Source: an uncultured Gammaproteobacteria bacterium
GTDB lineage: Bacteria > Patescibacteriota > Patescibacteriia > Magasanikbacterales > GWA2-37-8
DNA: 64,000 nt
Reading direction: 5' to 3'
NCBI GenBank assembly: GCA_964439885.1
Contig: CAYTPE010000001.1
Coordinates: 9,031-73,030, forward strand
Shown in pieces: positions 38,095-45,031 of this stretch. Under the pieces are notes generated by a model. That model made no database searches and was not told the origin of the DNA. It saw nothing but the letters and a program-made list of their open reading frames with translations. Position 1 is the stretch's first letter. Each line of letters starts with the position of its first letter. The translations under genes and the position numbers were made by a program.

Positions 38095-39327
38095 ATGAAT
38101 TTCACCCCCATACAACTCGCTTACGGCTCACTGGTTCGTCAAAAGAAACGAGCGATTTTAACGATGCTCGCGATTGCTATTGGTATTGCAGCTGTTATCA
38201 CTATTAGCGCGGCAGGAGCAGGGCTTCGAAGGCTGGTGCTGGGGCAGATCGATATTTTTGGCGCAAGTACGTTTCATATAGAAACCCGTGTGCCAAGCTC
38301 AAAAAGCTCTGGCGGGTTTGGTTCAGTTGGTATTACTATTACCACTCTCAAAGAAAAAGATGTGATTGATATGCTGAAACTCCCGAATGTGGAGGCGGCC
38401 GAAGGTGAAGTATCGGGCCAGGAAATCGTGAGCTATAACGGACAGATTAGCAAATCATTACTTTCTGGTGCCGGCTACTCATCACCTGAAGTGCAGGTGC
38501 TTGAATTTCAAGAAGGACGTTTCTATACCAAAGACGAAGAAGATTCGCTCGCACAGGTAGCAGTGCTCGGACCCAAAACCAAACAAAAATTATTTGGTGA
38601 TGATACGGCCGAAGGCAAAACTATCTACATCAAAGGCAAACCGTTCCGCGTGATTGGCGTTCTGAAGCCGCGTGGCGCAGCATTCTTTTTTGACCTCGAC
38701 AATATGGTGATGCTCCCCACTAAAACCATGCAAAAACGATTGCTCGGGATAGATTACTATGTGAGTATTTCCGGTAAATTTAAAGACGTAAACCAGTCCG
38801 AAAGTACCGCGAAGGATATTGCCTATATCTTGCGTGAAAATCACAATATAGCCGACGAGGCTCATGATGACTTTGTGGTGCAAACGACGGTGCAGGCGCA
38901 GTCGTCACTCAGTGCGATCACGAGCGGTATTACTCTATTACTTATCGCACTCGTCTGCATCTCGCTTATTGTAGGTGGAGTTGGCATTATGAATATCATG
39001 TATGTATCGGTAGCCGAACGCACCTTCGAAATCGGTTTGCGCAAGTCGCTTGGAGCCAAAGGACGCGATATTTTGGGTCAATTTTTGGCGGAGGCAGTGC
39101 TTGTGACGCTCGGCGGGGGAGTGGTGGGAGTCGTGCTCGGCGCGCTTTTGGCTTTGCTTATTTATCTTGGTGCCACTGCAGCCGGATTTAAATGGGTGTT
39201 CAGCATTTCTCTTTCATCTATCATTTTGTCAGTTTGCTTTTCCGGTTTTATTGGCTTACTCTTTGGCTTGTACCCAGCCAAAAAGGCCGCGGCACTCAAT
39301 CCAATCGAAGCACTAAGGAAGGAATAA
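38095..39327 (+). CDS. MacB-like ABC permease, second paralog
   Basis: RAILTMLAIAIGI, SLIVGGVGIMNIM, ERTFEIGLRKSLGA, PAKKAAALNPIEALR. Confidence 0.95.
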   Translation: MNFTPIQLAYGSLVRQKKRAILTMLAIAIGIAAVITISAAGAGLRRLVLGQIDIFGASTFHIETRVPSSKSSGGFGSVGITITTLKEKDVIDMLKLPNVEAAEGEVSGQEIVSYNGQISKSLLSGAGYSSPEVQVLEFQEGRFYTKDEEDSLAQVAVLGPKTKQKLFGDDTAEGKTIYIKGKPFRVIGVLKPRGAAFFFDLDNMVMLPTKTMQKRLLGIDYYVSISGKFKDVNQSESTAKDIAYILRENHNIADEAHDDFVVQTTVQAQSSLSAITSGITLLLIALVCISLIVGGVGIMNIMYVSVAERTFEIGLRKSLGAKGRDILGQFLAEAVLVTLGGGVVGVVLGALLALLIYLGATAAGFKWVFSISLSSIILSVCFSGFIGLLFGLYPAKKAAALNPIEALRKE

Positions 39328-39374
39328 TGTTGAGTGAAGGCTGGTGAATTGCCGTTGGGTACAAAAAATATTTT

Positions 39375-39407
39375 AAAAAAAATAAAACCTTGGACAAAGG
39401 TTTTTTT
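39375..39407. terminator. Probable bidirectional terminator
   Basis: AAAACCTT-GGACA-AAGGTTTT with A and T runs either side; separates the permease gene from the minus-strand RNA. Confidence 0.65.
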
Positions 39408-39893
39408 GTTGTGTAGTAGCTGGCCTGCCTCGGCTGCTACAGCTTGCTCCATCACCACCGGAGGGTAAGGTGAGAGCACATGCTGTGCAGCCGAGGCGAG
39501 GTCACTTGGCCCTACGCACGTACGTGCGTAGGTAAAGAGAGCCGCGGGCACCCGCTCGTCGCCGCCATGCCTTGTTCGTTCACCGGGGGGCCGGAGTTTT
39601 CCGAACAGAGACACACACGCGGTCACGACTAGCGGGGCCCGAGGCCCGACTGTGCCAACCACGATGAAGCTGTGGCTGGCGTTTGGATGGGGCCAGGAGG
39701 ATTCGAACCTCCGCATTCCGGTTTGAAGCCGGACGCTCACCTCTGAGCCATAGCCCCATACACCAGCACCGCCGAAGCGGTGCCGTCCTCTCTCACGCAC
39801 ATGCATGCGTGAGAAAAAAGCGACCCCCAAACCCGGGATCCGTCCACGGGAGGGAACCCGCGACAAACCACGCGAGATCTGGGGGTCAGTTGG
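39408..39893 (-). ncRNA. Putative ~490-nt GC-rich structured RNA of unknown class containing a tRNA(UCA) cloverleaf
   Basis: Six stem-loop domains plus the cloverleaf; stem mismatches resolve as G-U pairs only on the minus strand; cUUCGg tetraloop; upstream promoter and downstream terminator. Confidence 0.65.
39684..39758 (-). tRNA. tRNA with UCA anticodon (opal-suppressor-like; not tRNA-Sec architecture)
   Basis: (T)GGGGCTA TG GCTC-AGAGGT-GAGC G TCCGG-CT TCA AA-CCGGA ATGC GGAGG-TTCGAAT-CCTCC TGGCCCC A TCCA. Confidence 0.8.
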
Positions 39894-39898
39894 GCACA

Positions 39899-39927
39899 AG
39901 TAAACCAGTTTTGGTGTGTTTTGTCAA
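39899..39927 (-). promoter_or_regulatory. Sigma70 promoter for the structured RNA
   Basis: Minus strand TTGACA-17 nt-TTTACT with an extended -10 TG, right at the AT-to-GC boundary. Confidence 0.65.
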
Positions 39928-40199
39928 TAGCTAAAGAAAAATGAATGTCGATAAAGTGGCTAAATTAAACAGAATTTCACAATTATAGTGAAAAAAGTAA
40001 AACAAAAAATCCCCACTCAAATAGTAAGGATTTTTATCTTGATGAAGCCTTTTTCCAAAAGGAAATGCCTCGGCTACTCGTTAAATCTATACGCATCGGT
40101 AGAGACCTAACGAGTCGGTAGCCGGGGCGAGGCTTCCGTCTCGCTCCGTTGTGGCGGGGTGGGGGCGGCACGGAGGAGCCGCCAGCGGGGGGCTCCTCT

Positions 40200-40376
40200 T
40201 CAGCTCTTGTAGAGGTAGAACACGACGGCGCCCGCTCCGAAGAGCAGGCAGAGCCACGAGAAGTGGCTCATGAGTCGGGGGAAGAAGCGGAAGTTGTCCC
40301 GATCGATCCACCAGAGGATCCTCACCCAAACTCCCACTGCGAAGAGCAGTATTCCAAGCACTCGCCACGTTTCCAT
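40200..40376 (-). CDS. 58-aa two-TM small protein, GC-rich, strong SD
   Basis: GGAGGAGGT-CAAG-ATG; METWRVLGILLFAVGVWVRILWW...WLCLLFGAGAVVFYLYKS-TGA; hairpins on both sides. Confidence 0.65.
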   Translation of the reverse strand: METWRVLGILLFAVGVWVRILWWIDRDNFRFFPRLMSHFSWLCLLFGAGAVVFYLYKS

Positions 40377-40695
40377 CTTGACCTCCTCCGGGTCACCACG
40401 ACCCGTGTCTACCGCAATAGTATATACGCATAATACACTACTACGATCGACACCGGTCAGAAAGATTACATTATTAAAGCGCACTTTATTTAAATAAAAC
40501 ATACTCTAGGGCAGGCTTAATGTCAATAATGACGAAACATTATACGGAATATTCAAGGTGAGAATTTTTTTATACTCCGCAGTTACTTTTTTGGTTTAAT
40601 TAGCGTATATAGTAGCGTGCTATTGGCAGGGTTATGAGTGTGCTTCTGTAAAGCATATTTATAACCCGGCCGATGTCGCTGGGGGGAGGAAGAAG

Positions 40696-40965
40696 ATGGC
40701 CAATCGTCGTGCAAACGTGGTGCCGGGAGCTCCGGCGCCGGTTACTCCAGACCGTACCGCCGGGGCCGATGCCCCGACGCGGTACATGCCTCAGATCGAT
40801 GGCAGCAGTGCGGCCGACAAGCGGCATCGGCCGCTCGCTGACGGGCTGGCAGAGAGCCGGCTCGTCCAGATCGTCTGCCTGCGCCGCTACCTCTGGGTGG
40901 CGGGCGGAATCGCGGCCCTGGAGGCCGCTCTGCTGGCCGCGCTGGCGGCTAAGTTCCTCCTCTAG
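40696..40965 (+). CDS. 89-aa small protein with a C-terminal TM anchor, GC-rich, strong SD
   Basis: GGGAGG-AAGAAG-ATG; high third-position GC; tail YLWVAGGIAALEAALLAALAAKFLL; 5' hairpin 40629-40667 and 3' hairpin 40972-41028. Confidence 0.6.
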   Translation: MANRRANVVPGAPAPVTPDRTAGADAPTRYMPQIDGSSAADKRHRPLADGLAESRLVQIVCLRRYLWVAGGIAALEAALLAALAAKFLL

Positions 40966-41088
40966 GAGGCTGACCCCGCGGGGTCTCGCCCGTGAGCGCT
41001 TTCGAGCGACCGGCGAGACCCCCGGGTCTCACTACTCCACGTATTGCTTTTTAAGCCGTGGGGTGATAAGGTTTGAGTGTTGTGTGAA

Positions 41089-41198
41089 AAGAATAAAGAG
41101 TAAAGAATAAAGAATAATAAACGAAACCACCACTCTTTACCTGCCTGCGTAGGCAGGCTCTTTACTCTTTACTCTTTACTCTTTACTCTTTACTCTTT
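41089..41198. repeat. Inverted tandem heptamer arrays (AAAGARTA.../ACTCTTT x6) with a nested 18-bp palindrome
   Basis: CCTGCCTGCGTAGGCAGG at 41140-41157 interrupts one ACTCTTT unit; related arm at 33820-33850. Confidence 0.85.
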
Positions 41199-41205
41199 CT
41201 CATCC

Positions 41206-43041
41206 GTGGCCACCGATACACAGGCGATAAAGGATCGCATCGACATCGTACAACTCATCGGCGAATACATAACACTCAAAAAAGCGGGCGCGAACTGGAA
41301 AGCCAACTGCCCGTTCCATCACGAAAAATCGCCGTCATTTATGGTGCATGCCGATAAGCAAATCTGGCATTGTTTTGGTTGTGGGAAAGGCGGCGATATT
41401 TTTAGCTTTGTGCAAGAAATGGAAGGGCTTGATTTTGTGGAAGCGCTGAAACTCCTGGCCAAGCGTGCCGGTGTACCAATAGAAACATTCAAAAGCGAAA
41501 CCGACACGAGCGCGCGCAACCGGGTGCTGGAAGTGAACACGAAAGCGGCGGAATTTTTTCACCGCGTTCTCATGGAGTTGCCCGCATCTCAAAGCGCGCG
41601 CGAATATCTGGAGCGCCGCGGATTGAAAAGAGAAACTATTATAGAATGGCAAATTGGATTTATTCCCGACCAGTGGGATTTGCTCACTCGATATTTTCTC
41701 AAAAAAGGTTTTGGTATCAACGACTTGGTAGCCGCGGGACTGGTGATTAAACGTGAAGGAGTCACTTCGACTACCACCCCTACCCCTCCTTCGCAAGGAG
41801 GGGAGATTACGAGTGAATCCATACGTGGGTATTACGACCGTTTTCGTGGACGTGTAATGTTTCCTATTGCCGACACGCATGGCAATGTGGTGGGTTTTAC
41901 CGGCCGTGTACTGGTCGAAACCGAGAATTCGGGGGGTAAATACGTCAATACTCCGCAAACCGCCGTCTACGATAAATCACGTGTGCTGTATGGGCTTTCT
42001 CGAGCGAAAACTGAAATAAAAAACCAGGATCAGGTTGTACTAGTAGAAGGTCAGATGGATGTGATAGCCTGCCACCAGGCGGGCATGAAGAACGTCGTAG
42101 CCGCATCGGGCACCGCGCTGACAACAGAGCAGATTAAACTGATTAAACGATATACGACCAATATTGCCATGGCGTTCGACGCCGACAGCGCCGGAGAGAA
42201 TGCCGGCAAACGTGGTATTACCACAGCGATATCCGAAGCAATGAACGTGCGCGTGATTCGTATTCCACCCGGCTTTGCCAAAGACGCTGACGAGTGCATC
42301 AAAAAAGATCCGACGGTATGGTTTACGGCGGTGAAAGAAGCAGCTGATGTGATGGAGTGGTATCTGGCGATTGTACTCTCACGCTATGATATTCGTGAAC
42401 CCAAAGCGAAACGCGTCGCCGCGACTATTCTGCTCGAACAAATCCGCTCTATTCCCAACGCCGTGGAACGCGATGAATGGATTAAACGAGTAAGCGGCGA
42501 ACTCGGTATCGAATTACCCATTTTACGCGAAGAACTCAAAAAAATTAAAACGTTGCCGTCACCAAAAAACAATGAGCCCGTGAGTAAAGTGGTAGAGCGA
42601 GTAGAAGCACTCACACCGTACGAATTGTTGCTGCAGGAATTTTGGTCATTACTTTTGAAATTCCCGGAATTGTATTCGACATACGCGAGTTCGCTGTCGC
42701 CAGACTATTTCGCAGGCACACCTTTTAGTGCTCTTTACCAAAACGCTGTGGGTGTGTATACTAAAGCTCAAGCACTGGATATGGAAGCGCTTCGACAACT
42801 CTATGCGACCGAAGCGCAAAATCCGATTGATATATTGGTGCTCCGACCCTACCGCAATGTAGAGGATTTGTCGCTGCCGACCGCTAAAGCCGAACTCACT
42901 GAATTGTGGAAGCGCATCGCCGAGCAGTGGAACAAAGAACGACGCAAGGCACTGGAGAGAGAAATGGCGATGGCCGAAAAAAGTGGGGAGAAACAGAAGA
43001 TGCTTGAGCTGCTCCAAGAACTACAAAATTTGAACGTTTAA
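41206..43041 (+). CDS. dnaG: DNA primase
   Basis: CPFHHEKSPSF..CFGC Zn ribbon, DRFRGRVMFPI, KYVNTPQT, VEGQMD, FDADSAG; GTG start. Confidence 0.97.
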   Translation: MATDTQAIKDRIDIVQLIGEYITLKKAGANWKANCPFHHEKSPSFMVHADKQIWHCFGCGKGGDIFSFVQEMEGLDFVEALKLLAKRAGVPIETFKSETDTSARNRVLEVNTKAAEFFHRVLMELPASQSAREYLERRGLKRETIIEWQIGFIPDQWDLLTRYFLKKGFGINDLVAAGLVIKREGVTSTTTPTPPSQGGEITSESIRGYYDRFRGRVMFPIADTHGNVVGFTGRVLVETENSGGKYVNTPQTAVYDKSRVLYGLSRAKTEIKNQDQVVLVEGQMDVIACHQAGMKNVVAASGTALTTEQIKLIKRYTTNIAMAFDADSAGENAGKRGITTAISEAMNVRVIRIPPGFAKDADECIKKDPTVWFTAVKEAADVMEWYLAIVLSRYDIREPKAKRVAATILLEQIRSIPNAVERDEWIKRVSGELGIELPILREELKKIKTLPSPKNNEPVSKVVERVEALTPYELLLQEFWSLLLKFPELYSTYASSLSPDYFAGTPFSALYQNAVGVYTKAQALDMEALRQLYATEAQNPIDILVLRPYRNVEDLSLPTAKAELTELWKRIAEQWNKERRKALEREMAMAEKSGEKQKMLELLQELQNLNV

Positions 43042-43179
43042 AATGTAAATTATAAACTTTCAATCCTGATCACATAAAAGTTCCAATGTTTTAAATGGCA
43101 TAATACTACTTAAAACATTTGAAATGTGTCATTCGTCATTGTTTAGATTTTAGAGCTTAGGGTTTAGAGTTTCAAAAGT

Positions 43180-44511
43180 ATGGTTGCAAAACCACATCGC
43201 CCGGTAAAACGAGCGAAGACAACTAAGAAGGCTGTTAAATCAGCCCCCAAAAAAGCAGCTCAGAAGGCTGTAAAAAAAATTCTTAAGAAAAACGGCCACA
43301 AGGCCCCACGGGTCAAGGCCAAAAGTACTGTTTTCTCCACCAGAGGTGGATCCTCCTTTGGAGGAAAAAAAGCACCCGCCAAATCGCGCGTGCCACTTAT
43401 TCCCCTCGAGCCGGTACGTGAACCGTCCGAAGCCGAGCTCTGGGAACTCATCCGCAAGGGGCGCAACCGTGGTTTCATCACGGAAATCGAACTCATGCGC
43501 GTTTTGCCGCAACCAGAACAATACCTCGATTTATACGAAGGCTTTTTGGATTTGGCCGAGCGCAATGGCATATCGGTAGTAGAAACCGCGCCCAGTCTGC
43601 TCGGCACCAAAGAACAAAACAAAGAAACCCTCAAACAATTTCAAGGCGAGCAACCGGACATGGACGTGCCGTTTGATCTGGCTCAAATCTCGAGCGACTC
43701 CATACAGATGTATTTGCGCGAGATCGGCAAGATCCCGCTGCTGTCTGGTGAAGAAGAAGTCGCGCTCGCCAAACGAAAAGAACGAAACGATAAAGCCGCC
43801 GAGCGCAAACTCATCGAAGCGAACCTGCGCCTCGTGGTTTCCATTGCCAAAAAATTCGTGGGCAAAAGCTTGTCGCTCCTCGACCTGATCCAGGAAGGTA
43901 ACATCGGCCTGTTTCGCGCGGTAAAAAAATTCGACTACCGTAAAGGGTATAAATTTTCCACCTACGCCACTTGGTGGATACGCCAGGCCATAACGCGCGC
44001 GCTGGCCGACCAGAGCCGCACCATCCGCATTCCAGTGCACATGGTGGAAACTATCAACCGCTTCCAGCAAGTGCAGCGCCGTTTGCAGCAAGACCTCGGC
44101 CGTGACCCCACGCCCGAAGAGCTGGCCGCCGAAATGGGGGAGGAAGTCGATAAGATTCATCACATCATCAAGATCTCGCAAGACACCATGAGCTTGGAAG
44201 TGCCGATTGGTGACGACGATGAAGATACACAACTTAGTGATTTTATCGAAGACGTCAAAAATGTCTCACCCGATCGCGCGGCGGGATTGCAAATTTTGCG
44301 TGATTACGTTCAAAATGCAATTAAAGATCTCTCTCCTCGTGAACAAAAAATTCTTGAGATGCGTTTTGGTTTAAGTGACGGTGTAACACACACACTGGAA
44401 GAAGTAGGGCAAGAATTTGGTGTGACGCGCGAACGTATTCGCCAGATTGAAGCGAAGGCACTCGAAAAAATTCAGCAGACGGATATTGTGAGTAAATTGC
44501 GTGATTATTAA
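43180..44511 (+). CDS. rpoD: Primary sigma factor with a Lys-rich N-terminal extension
   Basis: [61 protein letters not shown]. Confidence 0.97.
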   Translation: MVAKPHRPVKRAKTTKKAVKSAPKKAAQKAVKKILKKNGHKAPRVKAKSTVFSTRGGSSFGGKKAPAKSRVPLIPLEPVREPSEAELWELIRKGRNRGFITEIELMRVLPQPEQYLDLYEGFLDLAERNGISVVETAPSLLGTKEQNKETLKQFQGEQPDMDVPFDLAQISSDSIQMYLREIGKIPLLSGEEEVALAKRKERNDKAAERKLIEANLRLVVSIAKKFVGKSLSLLDLIQEGNIGLFRAVKKFDYRKGYKFSTYATWWIRQAITRALADQSRTIRIPVHMVETINRFQQVQRRLQQDLGRDPTPEELAAEMGEEVDKIHHIIKISQDTMSLEVPIGDDDEDTQLSDFIEDVKNVSPDRAAGLQILRDYVQNAIKDLSPREQKILEMRFGLSDGVTHTLEEVGQEFGVTRERIRQIEAKALEKIQQTDIVSKLRDY

Positions 44512-44513
44512 TT

Positions 44514-45026
44514 ACGTACAGACGTACAGAAAGTACAGAAATACGGAAGGTACAAGAATTAAATATAAAATATATGTCAAGGGAGGGGGTTGCTATCATC
44601 AAAAAAGATTTCTTATATCCGGATTTGACCTACAAAATTAACGGTGTTTTATTCGATGTATTTAAAGAGTTGGGCGGAGGTCACCTGGAAAAATATTATT
44701 AGAAAGCTGCGGCAATCGGGCTGAGCAAAATTCCTCTCAAGTTTGTAGAACAATACATGGTTCCATTAACCTACGCCGGACAAAAGGTTGGTAAATAGTA
44801 TGTAGACTTTTTGATCGAAGAAAAAATAGTATTGGAATTAAAACGAGGTCTATTCATTCCGGCAAATGTAATCCGTCAGACAAAACAGTATTTGATTGCA
44901 ACAAAATTGCAACTGGCACTGGTGGCGTGCTTTACACACAACGGTGTGATTATAAAACGAGTGCTTAATATTTATTAACGAGGTCAGTACGTTCTGTACT
45001 TCTGTACTTTCTGTACGTCTGTACGT
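44514..45026. mobile_element. Putative mini element: 40-bp terminal inverted arms of tandem GTACAGA units around a GxxExxY gene
   Basis: 44514-44553 matches the reverse complement of 44987-45026 at 37/40; sits between rpoD and murG. Confidence 0.65.
44574..44978 (+). pseudogene. GxxExxY protein (PD-(D/E)XK superfamily) with two in-frame TAG stops; absent from the ORF track
   Basis: Manual translation: MSREG..LYPDLTYKINGVLFDVFKELGGGHLEKYY*KA..VGK*YVDFLIEEKIVLELK..QTKQYL..KRVLNIY; TAG at 44700 and 44796. Confidence 0.88.
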
Positions 45027-45031
45027 TCTCT

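Noticed and set aside
39684-39758. tRNA-Sec (selC) or tmRNA
   Set aside because: No long variable arm or extended D stem, and no sel genes in the window; it is a closed cloverleaf with an anticodon arm and no G3-U70 pair, unlike tmRNA
39162-39899. 245-aa minus-strand ORF spanning the structured region
   Set aside because: It runs through the tRNA cloverleaf and a terminator, overlaps the permease gene antisense, starts inside the -10 box and has no protein-like features; long open frames are expected in GC-rich DNA
44574-44978. Genome-wide TAG reassignment
   Set aside because: TAG terminates ordinary genes (5638, 9333, 11842, 32089) and no other gene has an internal TAG
41089-45026. CRISPR array
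   Set aside because: The repeats are 7-11-nt tandem units without unique spacers; no cas genes
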